Part shown: positions 47,271-56,520 of the stretch, piece after piece
Position numbering within the stretch: the stretch's first letter is position 1
Layout: each line of letters opens with the position of its first letter
Made by a program: the position numbers and the translations under genes
The notes under the pieces: model-generated
The model's input: the letters and a program-made list of their open reading frames with translations, nothing else
The model's database searches: none
What the model was told of the DNA's origin: nothing
Source: Anaerolineae bacterium
GTDB lineage: Bacteria; Chloroflexota; Anaerolineae; Anaerolineales; E44-bin32
Direction of reading: 5' to 3'
Length of the DNA stretch: 56,520 nucleotides
Assembly (NCBI GenBank): GCA_011174845.1
Contig: DUEW01000015.1
Span: 1 to 56,520 of the forward strand

Positions 47271-50200
47271 CGAGGCACTTCCACTCGGACTTTCGTACCC
47301 GCTCCCGGTCTGCTCTCCACTGTCAATTGTCCTCCCATTTGCGCTGCTCGTTCCATCATTCCTTTTAACCCCATTCCACTACCTTCAAGAGCGTAATCTG
47401 GATCAAACCCAATCCCGTCGTCGATAATCTCCAGGATTACCAAAGACTCATCAATTAGCAATGACACAGTAACGCTTTGTGCAGAAGCGTGTTTGAGCGA
47501 ATTGTTTAATGTCTCCTGGGAAATACGATAAAGTCCTTCCTCGATTTCTAGGGGAAGGCGTGCCTCATTCGGTACTCTAAACTCCGTCTTCAGATCTGCT
47601 CGCCCCTCGACTGCCTCCAAACGGTTCCGAAGGATTGCCACCAATCCTTCCTCCTCCAGGTCTGGGGGTCGAAGTTGGAAGATTAACAACCGCATTTCCC
47701 TCAACGCTTCTTGAGCCGTATCGTGTAATTCGCTTAACTGAGCTTTAGCCAAATCGACCTGTCCCATCGAGAGTTGGCGCGCGATCGCCTCGCTATACAA
47801 CGTCATTCCATATAGGGCTTGGGTCACCGAATCATGCAGGTCCCGAGCTAATCGCTGCCGCTCCTCTACAACAGCCAATTGCTGGGCTTGCTCGTAGAGC
47901 TGTGCGTTCTCAATGGCGATGGCTGCTTGATTCGCGAATGACACCAGCAAGTCCAAATCCGTCGGATCGAATTCCCTTTTCCCCTCTTTTGTACCCATAA
48001 GGACTAGGGTGCCAATGACCTGGTCCTTGATCGTCAAGGGGGCTACAGCAGCGCTTTGGATTCCCGCCTCCAATACCCAAGAAAGTGCATGCTTAGCCAC
48101 GCGATCGTCGTCTGGGATTTGGTTAGAAATGACCGGCTGATTATGGAGGGCTACCCAACCAGAGAGGCTGCCTTCCAGATGAGAACGAGAACCAGGTGTG
48201 AATGCAGCTGAGCCTGTAGCTGCCACGACCTCATCTTCCTTCTTCTCCCAATCGACCAGATTGATCATGCCTCCATCGGCTTGCAGGAGAGCGGTAGCCT
48301 GTTGGATGATGAGGTTGAGCAGCTTTTCTAATTCGAGTGTGCTGGCCAATGCTCGAGTGGTATCTTGCAGCGTGGTGAGTTGTGCCACTCGGCTCTTGGT
48401 TGCTTCATGAAGTTGTGCATTCTCGATGGCAACCCCGATCTGGCTCCCGATGGAAAGAAGCAAATCAACATCACGTTTTTGGAATCCATCTACCCTCCGA
48501 CTGGCTGTGATCAGCACTCCCAACACTTGTCCCTTGGAGGTTAGTGGAATCGTCGCGCTGGAGAGAAGACCTCCCTCCAACAGCTCTCGATGTTCATCTG
48601 GCTCGAGAGAAAGATCATTGTCAATAATCGGATCCCCAGTTTGTGCAACATCGACGGTGAAACCCTCATCACGAAATAGATGATCGAACATCTTAGAGGG
48701 GTTGCGATGACAAACTTCCTGAAGCTCTTTTGTACTCTGGTCAATCACGTAGATTGCCCCTGTGTCAAGATCCAATACCTGCAACAGCTTATCCAAGGTG
48801 GCGTTCAGCATCGAATCTAATTCCAAGGACTGACTCACGGTACTCGCAATATCGTTCAGGCTTGCCAGTTCTTTCGTCCGACTCTCGACCTGAAACTTCA
48901 ACTCTCGGCTGCGAGCCTCGATACTTCTCACCCGCCATTGGTATCCGACGATCAAGCCTCCCACTACCACAATCAGAAAGATACCTCGAAACAACCACGT
49001 CTCCCAGAGTGGTGGCACAACCGTGATCCTTAAAGAAGCACCTCCATCATTCCACACACCATCATTGTTAGAGCCCTTCAGTCTTAATGTATAGGTACCG
49101 CCTGGAAGGTTAGTATATCGTCCAAATCTCCTCGTACCGATATCGTTCCAATCCTCATCAAAGCCTTCAAGCTTATAGGCATACAAGTTCTGCTCAGGCT
49201 GGAAGAAATTCAAAGCAACGAATTCGAAGTCAAAGTAGTTGCTCGGCCATTGCAGGGTGACGTCTGTTATATATTCGAATGCTTTATCGAGGACCATAAG
49301 CTCCCCACCTTGCGAAATCGTTTTAAGCACAATGGGGGGCACGTAAGGGTTATCAACAATACGCTCAGGATGAAACGCATTGAGGCCTCCAACACCGCCA
49401 AAGAACATCTCACCGCTGCTGCTCTTGAAGTAAGCGTTGTAATTGAACTCTCTTGCCTGCAATCCATCCCTGACATCAAAGTTGCGAAAGGTCTCCAAAA
49501 CAGGATCAAATCTCGACAAGCCATTATTGGTGCTCAGCCATAGGTGGCCTTGATCGTCCTCGAGGATGCCATAGACAACGTCATTTGAGAGCCCATCCTT
49601 CACAGTGTAATGGGTAAAGGATCCACTCTCTCGATCGAATCGATTGAGCCCACCGCCGAAGGTCCCGACGAAGAGAATACCGGCTGAATCCTCATGAATG
49701 GTGAAGACGATATCGTGGCTTAATGTTTGGATGTCGTCTGGATCGTGAAAATAATGAGAAAAACTTTCCGTGTCACGATCAAATCGGTCAAGACCATTGA
49801 ACGTTCCCACCCATAGCGTCCCAGATCGATCTTCGTAAATCGAGCCGATTGTGCTGTCGCTAATGCTGGTAGCGTCTTCAGGATTATGGAGGAAGCGTGT
49901 AAATTGGCCCGTTTCTCGGTCGAATCGGTTCAGTCCATTTGACGTCCCAACCCAGAGAGCGCCCACATGATCTTCATAGACGAGCCATACAGCGTCACTG
50001 CTGAGGCTACGAGGATCCTCAGGATTGGAACGATAATGGGTGAATCTCCCTGTCTTCGGATTCAACCGATTAAGGCCGCCTCCCCATGTTCCAATCCAAA
50101 CCGTGCCAGTTTGGTCCTCATACACATCCATTACGATATCGTTGCTCAGGCTGTTTGGATTCTCGGGTTCACTCTGGTAATGAGTCCATACACCCTTTTC

Positions 50201-51586
50201 TCGATCAAAACGATTAAGACCTCCACCGTTCGTGCCGATCCAGAGGACACCAGCGGGGTTTTCCCATATGCTCCAAATGGAATTCAGGCTCAGGCTGTTG
50301 GGATCGTTCGGGTCCATCTGATAGAGCGAAAATTGCTCACTCAATCGATCGTAATGATTCACACCACCATAGGCTGTTCCGATCCATAACCCGCCAGAAC
50401 GATCTTCATAGATGCATTCAACGTCATTATGGCTGAGGCTGTATGGATCATCCGGGTTGGTTTGGTAGTGAATGAAGATCTCTTCCTCTCGATCGAATCG
50501 ATTGAGACCGCCGTCCGTTCCAATCCACAGGTCGCCCCAAGTGTCTTCATCAATGGATTTCACGTTTTCGCTGCTCAAACTGTTTGGATTCCCGGGATCA
50601 TATGGATATCGAATGAAGGTCTCGTTTTGACGATCGAATTGATTGAGCCCTCCATCATAGGTCCCAATCCATAGCTGACCCGATCGATCCTCAAAGATGG
50701 TTTGAACCAGAGTTCCGCTCAGGCTGTTGGGATCAGCTGGATTATTGCTGAAATGGATGAATTGCTCCGTTTCCGTTTCAAATCGGTCTAAACCCTCGGT
50801 CGTACCTACCCACAAATTCCCGTTGGAATCCTCATAAATCGAGACGACATAATCAGCGCTTAGGCTCGTGGGATCATCCGGATCATTTTGGTAACGACGC
50901 CACGACTCACCGTTCAGATCAAGACGATTGAGACCATTGGCTGTTCCAATCCAAACCGCTCCTGAGTGGTCTTCAAGAAGATCAGTAACTTGATTATCAC
51001 TCAAGCTATTAGGATCATCAGGATTATTCCTATAATGAGTGAATTGCTCACGTATGGGATCGAAGCGATTCAATCCACCGCTGTATGTCCCGATCCAAAG
51101 GTTACCTGCCTTGTCTTCGTAGAGCTCCACAATGATGCTGTCCGTAAGGCTGTTGGGCTCCTCGGGATCATGACGATACACCTCAAAGGTATATCCATCG
51201 TATTTATTAAGTCCATCTTCGGTCGCGAACCACATGAATCCAGTTTGATCTTGAAGGATATCCACAACTCCAGTAACGGATAAACCCTCTTCGATGGTGA
51301 GATGCTCAAAGCGAATGTGGCGACTCGGATCGATTCGATACCCCAGCAGGTTAGTTCTTGAGGCCGCACTGGTTTGATTCGGTTCCACAGTCTCCATGTT
51401 TGGGAACCCAGGCGTGGATTCTTGGGTGTCCATTCTGGATATGCCCTGGCAAGCCGCGACCAATAGACCGAGGAGGACAAACGTGATACGTGCGAGAGAT
51501 CGGGAGGATCTACAAAAAACCTGCTGTACGATCACCTTGTTACGGGAGATTAAGGAATAGCTACACAATGGTCTCTTCTCTTTCAT
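47267..51586 (-). CDS. Large sensor histidine kinase: periplasmic two-component-regulator propeller repeats plus Y_Y_Y, a TM helix, tandem GAF domains, HisKA_3 and HATPase_c
   Basis: 1439 aa. More than 12 repeats of the type D..G.LWIGT..GLNRFD. The HisKA_3 box is RQRLARDLHDSVTQALYG. The ATPase motifs are DDGIGFD and GMGLKGMMERA. Its stop overlaps the regulator's ATG (ATGA). Confidence 0.9.
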   Translation of the reverse strand: MKEKRPLCSYSLISRNKVIVQQVFCRSSRSLARITFVLLGLLVAACQGISRMDTQESTPGFPNMETVEPNQTSAASRTNLLGYRIDPSRHIRFEHLTIEEGLSVTGVVDILQDQTGFMWFATEDGLNKYDGYTFEVYRHDPEEPNSLTDSIIVELYEDKAGNLWIGTYSGGLNRFDPIREQFTHYRNNPDDPNSLSDNQVTDLLEDHSGAVWIGTANGLNRLDLNGESWRRYQNDPDDPTSLSADYVVSIYEDSNGNLWVGTTEGLDRFETETEQFIHFSNNPADPNSLSGTLVQTIFEDRSGQLWIGTYDGGLNQFDRQNETFIRYPYDPGNPNSLSSENVKSIDEDTWGDLWIGTDGGLNRFDREEEIFIHYQTNPDDPYSLSHNDVECIYEDRSGGLWIGTAYGGVNHYDRLSEQFSLYQMDPNDPNSLSLNSIWSIWENPAGVLWIGTNGGGLNRFDREKGVWTHYQSEPENPNSLSNDIVMDVYEDQTGTVWIGTWGGGLNRLNPKTGRFTHYRSNPEDPRSLSSDAVWLVYEDHVGALWVGTSNGLNRFDRETGQFTRFLHNPEDATSISDSTIGSIYEDRSGTLWVGTFNGLDRFDRDTESFSHYFHDPDDIQTLSHDIVFTIHEDSAGILFVGTFGGGLNRFDRESGSFTHYTVKDGLSNDVVYGILEDDQGHLWLSTNNGLSRFDPVLETFRNFDVRDGLQAREFNYNAYFKSSSGEMFFGGVGGLNAFHPERIVDNPYVPPIVLKTISQGGELMVLDKAFEYITDVTLQWPSNYFDFEFVALNFFQPEQNLYAYKLEGFDEDWNDIGTRRFGRYTNLPGGTYTLRLKGSNNDGVWNDGGASLRITVVPPLWETWLFRGIFLIVVVGGLIVGYQWRVRSIEARSRELKFQVESRTKELASLNDIASTVSQSLELDSMLNATLDKLLQVLDLDTGAIYVIDQSTKELQEVCHRNPSKMFDHLFRDEGFTVDVAQTGDPIIDNDLSLEPDEHRELLEGGLLSSATIPLTSKGQVLGVLITASRRVDGFQKRDVDLLLSIGSQIGVAIENAQLHEATKSRVAQLTTLQDTTRALASTLELEKLLNLIIQQATALLQADGGMINLVDWEKKEDEVVAATGSAAFTPGSRSHLEGSLSGWVALHNQPVISNQIPDDDRVAKHALSWVLEAGIQSAAVAPLTIKDQVIGTLVLMGTKEGKREFDPTDLDLLVSFANQAAIAIENAQLYEQAQQLAVVEERQRLARDLHDSVTQALYGMTLYSEAIARQLSMGQVDLAKAQLSELHDTAQEALREMRLLIFQLRPPDLEEEGLVAILRNRLEAVEGRADLKTEFRVPNEARLPLEIEEGLYRISQETLNNSLKHASAQSVTVSLLIDESLVILEIIDDGIGFDPDYALEGSGMGLKGMMERAAQMGGQLTVESRPGAGTKVRVEVPR

Positions 51587-52073
51587 CGCAAGGATCGATC
51601 AAGAACGAACGTAGATCATAACACAGGAAGTCATTCGAAAAGTGTCTACAACATTAGCCAAAGGATACTCCACCTTTTCTTCTGCTAGATTGCCTTGATG
51701 TTTTTTAAACGTACATACTCGAGGGCAGCTCGGCTCATCCGAGGTCCGTCCGTATCCTTCAAATAATAAGATTTATGCCCGATTCGATGGATGCAGGGTT
51801 CCTCTGTAACTCAGCCACATTGTACAACAGCTAACTTAATTACAAGGTAATCTGCCCGAGACTAGGTACAATCGACAACGTGTACTCAAGCCTGCCACTC
51901 CCTGATACATCCAAACAACCCCTGACTTTCGATTATCGTCAAAGAGCAGGTTGGTTTATAAACAAGTTAGGCTATGATTAACGAGAGGTGACTTTCAGAC
52001 AGAAGAATTCTGCGTTAAATTTAATACATTGAGTCTGCCGACCTGAGATCATAAGACGGCCATTGGGGAGGAT

Positions 52074-52427
52074 TTGCCTCGATATACCACAACGCTGGGG
52101 AGGGATATACTCTTGAACATCCTAAGAAATCTAAAAGCCCTCTTCACACCTGCAGCTATCGATAGATCGGGCTACTGGGTTTATATAAGGTGTGATGATT
52201 GCGGGGAGAAACTACGCACAAGGATAGATCTGGACTTCGACCTGAGCGATCAGTATAACGACACGGAAGATGAGATCAACTATTTTTGTCGTAAGACCCT
52301 CATCGGCAGTGAACGCTGCTTCAGCCCTATCGAGGTCAAACTGACCTTTGATGAACAGCGTCGGTTGATCGATAAGAAGATACAAGGTGGTCAATTCATC
52401 TCCGAAGAGGAATATCAGGCGGAGTAA
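52074..52427 (+). CDS. Hypothetical small protein with a 4-Cys (zinc-ribbon-like) pattern
   Basis: 117 aa. CDDC...(26 aa)...C..(9 aa)..C. It has a TTG start with a poorly spaced RBS. An internal TTG behind GGGGAGGG is an alternative start. Confidence 0.45.
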   Translation: MPRYTTTLGRDILLNILRNLKALFTPAAIDRSGYWVYIRCDDCGEKLRTRIDLDFDLSDQYNDTEDEINYFCRKTLIGSERCFSPIEVKLTFDEQRRLIDKKIQGGQFISEEEYQAE

Positions 52428-52650
52428 GCACGAATCCTAAGTGTACAAGCCAACCCGGGGGAAAGGATAAGCATTGAAATCAATCCATTGGTGACCATAC
52501 TTTTATGACCTAAAATTGACCTCTCTACATTAGAATCTACTCGAACTAGAAGCTGCTTGATGGAAGAAACTGAATTCAATTAGAGAATCATTTCTCGTTC
52601 CGTTATCTTGACTCCTGTAGTCATATTCTGATGCGAAAGGAGTCGTCCAC

Positions 52651-53547
52651 ATGCGTTTCGGTATCATGACCATGCAAATCGAAACACTGATCCCTTCCGG
52701 CCTCCCAGCCGATCAGATGTTGGCTCATATCGTAGATTTTGACTATGCGCAACTTGTCCGCACGATGGCCGAATCTGGATTCCATACGATCGAACTGGGA
52801 GGCGATTTAGCCCTTTTCTTGCCCACGATCTTCCAGCAGAACTCTATCGAAGCTTTATCTCGTATCAAAGCGGAACTCGATCTATCCTACACAGCACATC
52901 TACCGCTGTGGTCCGTTGAGCCTTCAACTCCTCTAGAACCAGTTCGAAAAGGGTCAGCGAATGCAATTGTCGATTTTACTCGTTCCATCATACCACTCAA
53001 TCCTGAGGTGTATGTCTTTCATGCCACAGGAGCCTTGGCCGCGGAGTTCTATCGCATGAACCTTCCCGAGATCGCGAAGGGTTTACTCCTTCAACAATTC
53101 CAAACCAAAGCTGCTGAAAGTCTCCGGTGGATCCTCACCGAAACCGGTATCCCCTCTCGCAAAATGGCCATCGAGACCATCGAATTTCCCTTTGACTTGA
53201 CGCTTGATCTGGCTGAGGAACTAGATCTGTCGCTATGCCTTGATACCGGTCACATTCTCGCCGGTTTCTCGGGCAACGTAACGGTAGAAGAGGCTTTGGA
53301 ATCAAGCATGCCACGCTTGGCTGAGGTTCATCTGCACGATTGCCCTCAGCATTTCCCAGAGCAGAAGATCAACTACGGTCAAGATCATCAACAACTCGGA
53401 AGAGGTGATCTGAATATTGAACACATTCTGGATCGCCTTGTGCGCGCTGAATTCCAAGGACCGGTAATCTTCGAGCTTCAGCTCCACGAGGCGCTTGAGT
53501 CTCTTGATGTGATAAGAGCACTCCGCCCCGATCTCCCGATCGAATAA
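52651..53547 (+). CDS. Sugar phosphate isomerase/epimerase (xylose isomerase-like TIM barrel)
   Basis: 298 aa with an AAGGAG RBS. Motifs: GFHTIELG, HLP, CLDTGH, VHLHD. Confidence 0.8.
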   Translation: MRFGIMTMQIETLIPSGLPADQMLAHIVDFDYAQLVRTMAESGFHTIELGGDLALFLPTIFQQNSIEALSRIKAELDLSYTAHLPLWSVEPSTPLEPVRKGSANAIVDFTRSIIPLNPEVYVFHATGALAAEFYRMNLPEIAKGLLLQQFQTKAAESLRWILTETGIPSRKMAIETIEFPFDLTLDLAEELDLSLCLDTGHILAGFSGNVTVEEALESSMPRLAEVHLHDCPQHFPEQKINYGQDHQQLGRGDLNIEHILDRLVRAEFQGPVIFELQLHEALESLDVIRALRPDLPIE

Positions 53548-53728
53548 GCAGATTGCTTTCGCAACTGATATTTTATCGGTTGTCAAGCGCCTCCGATCGA
53601 TATCCACGGAATGGTTGATTCCCTGCTTACAATGAGAATCATGCTGAGCAGATCGATCGACCGAAAAGATTGCAGCCTCTTCGAAATGGACCTATGATAG
53701 AAAAACAAGAAAGAACTCCATTGGACTC

Positions 53729-54397
53729 ATGAACCCGATGGATATGCAAATCTTAAAACGGCTATGGCGTTTTATCGTTCGTATGGATGTGGTATCTATC
53801 CTCATCGTCGTTCTTTTAGGCCTAGCCGCATTAGGATCATGCTTCCCCCCACTCCCCTCAAGTATCGAAGCCAACCCGACTAGCTTTTCTCTTTGGCAAG
53901 CACAAGCTCGGATGCGTTACGGTGCATTCATGGATATTTTGATCTCCGCTGGAGCGTTCCGTTTCTTCCGCTCACCCTTATTCCTGCTTTCGCTTGCTAT
54001 TTTGACCACATCCACACTCATTTGTACGCTAGATCGATGGAAGGCAGTATGGAGACGAACGTTTCACCATGAAATCAGCTGCTCCGCCGCCGCTTCGGAC
54101 CCTCGTTTCCCACCATTAACCTTCGAGGAATTAGATCAGGTAAGCATCGAGAGCTCCGTACTTTCCCCTCTAAGACGGATCACGGATATCAACGAAATCC
54201 AAGTCGGTACCCACGGACTCGTAATCTATTACGCGGGATCGCAAGGTGTTCTGCTGCCACAGGTACCCGTTGAGGAGGGTTGGGATCCTCAGGCCTTTCT
54301 AGAAAACTTATGGTTCAAAGTAAGACTTCCATCTAATTCCTTGCAAGCAAAACCTACCATGTACACCATCACAGCGTTGGTGTTTGGGGAGGAGTGA
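53729..54397 (+). CDS. Chimeric ORF: ResB/Ccs1-like N-terminus (aa 1-110) fused to the C-terminal half of AMMECR1 (aa 115-222)
   Basis: The N-terminal part LKRLWRFIVRMDVVSILIVVLLGLAALGSCFP ... FRSPLFLLSLAILTTSTLICTLDRW is the ResB pattern. The C-terminal part AAASDPRFPPLTFEELDQVSIESSVLSP ... GVLLPQVPVEEGWDPQAFL is the AMMECR1 pattern. No convincing RBS. Confidence 0.6.
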   Translation: MNPMDMQILKRLWRFIVRMDVVSILIVVLLGLAALGSCFPPLPSSIEANPTSFSLWQAQARMRYGAFMDILISAGAFRFFRSPLFLLSLAILTTSTLICTLDRWKAVWRRTFHHEISCSAAASDPRFPPLTFEELDQVSIESSVLSPLRRITDINEIQVGTHGLVIYYAGSQGVLLPQVPVEEGWDPQAFLENLWFKVRLPSNSLQAKPTMYTITALVFGEE

Positions 54398-54626
54398 GGC
54401 ATGAGAAACCCTCAGCTTGAAAGGTCAAGCCTCTCGAATGCCGTTGTCCAGACTTCGATCGGCCATTTCGGACCCGGAGGCTAGATCCTTTTAAAATCGT
54501 CCTGATCGCCCTCGGTTTCACATCGACCCAGGGACAAATCCCTCTCAAGCGCGAGATGGTGACCGTTCTACAAACAAGCGTGTGTTTCGCCCTGGTAGGG
54601 ATCACAGGATTATTGACGTTAGTAAA

Positions 54627-55661
54627 ATGAACACCTCTCACTCTCTTCCGAGAAAAGCTCAGCTTCAAGAGGTTACTGAAGGTAAGGTGCGTTGTCTTCT
54701 CTGTGAACGGCGTTGTTTGATCGTTGAGGGAGGAAAAGGATGGTGCCAAACGAGGTTTAACCAGAACGCTGTTCTATACACATCTATCTATGGGGTCATA
54801 TCATCTCTTTCAGCCAATCTAATTGAAAAGAAGCCCTTGTACCATTTCTATCCAGGCAGCCGAGCATTAACAGCTGGAAGCTGGAGCTGTAATTTCGGCT
54901 GCCCCTGGTGCCAAAACTGGGACATAAGTAAAACACCCCCTCCGAAACAAAGCCGCTTTATGTCGCCTGGGACCTTTATCCAAGAGACCATCCGTCAATC
55001 TTGTCAGGGGACTTCGATCAGCTTCAATGAACCGACGCTATCTTTTGAGTGGTCACTGGATGTCTTCCAGTTAGCGAGGGAACAAGATCTATATAATACC
55101 TTCGTCACGAATGGCTACATGACAGCGAAGGCGCTTGATATGCTATTTAAAGCAGGTTTGGATGCGATGAACATAGACATCAAGGGTAAATCCACAGCGG
55201 TTAGGAAATATTGCAGGGGAGTCGATGTCGATCAAGTTTGGGCGCGTTGTAAGCAAGCAAAGGAGCTGGGATTGCATCTTGAGATCACGACCCTGATCAT
55301 CCCCAACGTAAATGACGATGATGGCTCTCTTGATGAAATTGCTTCACACATTGTCGAATTGTTAGGAGACGATACTCCGTGGCATGTAAGTGGATACCAC
55401 CCTGCCTATAGATTCACTACACCGTCTACGCCAATCTCAACACTTGAGCGAGCTTGGGCTATTGGAAAAAAGGCTGGACTGAAGTTTGTATATGTGGGTA
55501 ATGTCCCCGGTCATACCAAGGACCATACATATTGTCCACGATGCAACGAGCTGCTTATTGAACGACTCGGGCTTCTCGTGAAACGAAATCTGGTAAAGAG
55601 TGGCCGCTGTTACGCCTGTGGAGAAATCCTTCCTGGGGCAGGATGGAATTGGGATCGCTGA
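54627..55661 (+). CDS. amrS: AmmeMemoRadiSam system radical SAM enzyme
   Basis: The N-terminal Cys cluster is VRCLLCERRCLIVEGGKGWC. The radical SAM CxxxCxxC motif is CNFGCPWCQNW. The C-terminal Cys pairs are CPRC...CYAC. The start is set at the ATG at 54627; the ORF track starts at a GTG at 54582. Confidence 0.85.
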   Translation: MNTSHSLPRKAQLQEVTEGKVRCLLCERRCLIVEGGKGWCQTRFNQNAVLYTSIYGVISSLSANLIEKKPLYHFYPGSRALTAGSWSCNFGCPWCQNWDISKTPPPKQSRFMSPGTFIQETIRQSCQGTSISFNEPTLSFEWSLDVFQLAREQDLYNTFVTNGYMTAKALDMLFKAGLDAMNIDIKGKSTAVRKYCRGVDVDQVWARCKQAKELGLHLEITTLIIPNVNDDDGSLDEIASHIVELLGDDTPWHVSGYHPAYRFTTPSTPISTLERAWAIGKKAGLKFVYVGNVPGHTKDHTYCPRCNELLIERLGLLVKRNLVKSGRCYACGEILPGAGWNWDR

Positions 55662-55735
55662 GAGGTTCTATCGGCGCGTGAAACGGATACGGTGTCCGGT
55701 ACACGATCGAAATTAACCTTATCAAATCCTCCGTT

Positions 55736-56520
55736 CTATTTGCCCCGCCCCATCCGAACATAGATGCTATGGTGCCCCGGTTCATCATCTAATGGAATCA
55801 CGGATTCTGTTAGTCGCACTCCATCCAGCTCAACCCAAGCTACACCTGTGGATACATGATCTGGGTTCTCGACTTTAATTTCATAATGCGTCTTACCTCT
55901 CCGATAATGGAGGGTAAAACGCTCCCAGGATGAGGGAATAACAGGTTCGATCGTTAGCGTTTCCCCGCGCAGCTTGAGACCAAGGACTTCCTCGATCCAA
56001 ACACGATACATCCAACCAGCTGAGCCGGTATACCAGGTCCACCCACCCTGACCAACCCTTCCAGGAAGCCCATAAACATCAGCAGCAACCACGTAAGGCT
56101 CGACCATGTAACGCTGCACTTCGTCAGGTTCTTTAGCATGCTCTATCGGATTCATGAGACGGAGCAACCAAACTGCACGATCTCCATCTCCTTGTTGAGC
56201 CAATGCCATCGCCAGCCATAGTGAGCCGTGTGTGTATTGACCACCGTTCTCACGGACACCCGGTGGATACCCCATAATGTATCCGGGATTTGGTTCCGAT
56301 TTATCGAAGGGTGGCGTGAAGAGGAGAATCAGCTTATCTTCCTCTCGAACCAACTGATTCAAGGCTGCTTCCAGCGCTTGCTTGGCTCGCTGTTGATCGG
56401 CTGCTCCGCTGATTATTGCCCATGACTGGGGCAGCGAGTTAATGCGAGCCTCTTCATTTGCGCTCGATCCAAGTGGTGTCCCGTCATCGAAGTAAGCCCG
56501 ACGATACCAATCACCATCCC
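55736..56520 (-). CDS. GH94-like glycoside phosphorylase (cellobiose/chitobiose phosphorylase family), C-terminal part; N-terminus lies off the right edge
   Basis: The frame stays open from the stop at 55736 to the window end. Motifs: PGVRENGGQYTHGSLWLAMA, VEPYVVAADVY, GGWTWYTGSAGWMYRV. Confidence 0.75.
   Translation of the reverse strand, partial: DGDWYRRAYFDDGTPLGSSANEEARINSLPQSWAIISGAADQQRAKQALEAALNQLVREEDKLILLFTPPFDKSEPNPGYIMGYPPGVRENGGQYTHGSLWLAMALAQQGDGDRAVWLLRLMNPIEHAKEPDEVQRYMVEPYVVAADVYGLPGRVGQGGWTWYTGSAGWMYRVWIEEVLGLKLRGETLTIEPVIPSSWERFTLHYRRGKTHYEIKVENPDHVSTGVAWVELDGVRLTESVIPLDDEPGHHSIYVRMGRGK

Noticed and set aside
54369-54749. A 126-aa minus ORF in the AMMECR1-amrS gap; checked as a possible Memo remnant
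   Set aside because: It is antisense to the amrS 5' end and shows no Memo-like motifs. The + frames of the gap give only a 27-aa peptide with no similarity I recognise.

Overview
This is a 56.5-kb bacterial chromosomal segment. GC is roughly 50-55% judged from a few 60-nt lines counted by eye. The gene repertoire, strong GGAGG-type ribosome-binding sites (RBS) and a GTCGAAGG/CCTGAGC palindromic repeat family suggest a Chloroflexota-like organism, but that is inference only. I support about 45 protein genes, most on the minus strand. They include ftsK (runs off the left edge), an S1-domain protein, a GNAT acetyltransferase, purine nucleoside phosphorylase, an aldo/keto reductase, DegV, PolX, uvrB, zwf and gnd, cell-wall peptidases (LysM-M23 and M15), an ABC-2 exporter, a 1439-aa propeller/GAF histidine kinase with a NarL-type regulator, an AmmeMemoRadiSam radical SAM enzyme, and a GH94-like phosphorylase (runs off the right edge). 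There is one intact tRNA-Arg(UCU). No rRNA, CRISPR array, transposase or integrase with intact catalytic residues was seen. I did not find an obvious complete new multi-gene system such as a defence system. The most interesting signals are structural scars and odd architectures. (1) Two complementary half-tRNA-Arg relics 7.3 kb apart bracket a metabolic island that carries its own intact tRNA-Arg. (2) A relic copy of the uvrB 3' end lies on the far side of a low-GC acyltransferase cassette. (3) A chimeric ORF fuses a ResB N-terminus to an AMMECR1 C-terminus beside an orphan amrS gene. (4) A Xer-like recombinase lacks its catalytic Tyr. (5) A translationally coupled pair of unknown proteins sits next to the tRNA locus. 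(6) Two membrane fusions are unusual: a polytopic domain with a sigma-r4-like HTH, and an M29 aminopeptidase with a polytopic tail. All family calls come from motif recognition by eye on the translated ORFs. No database search was run.
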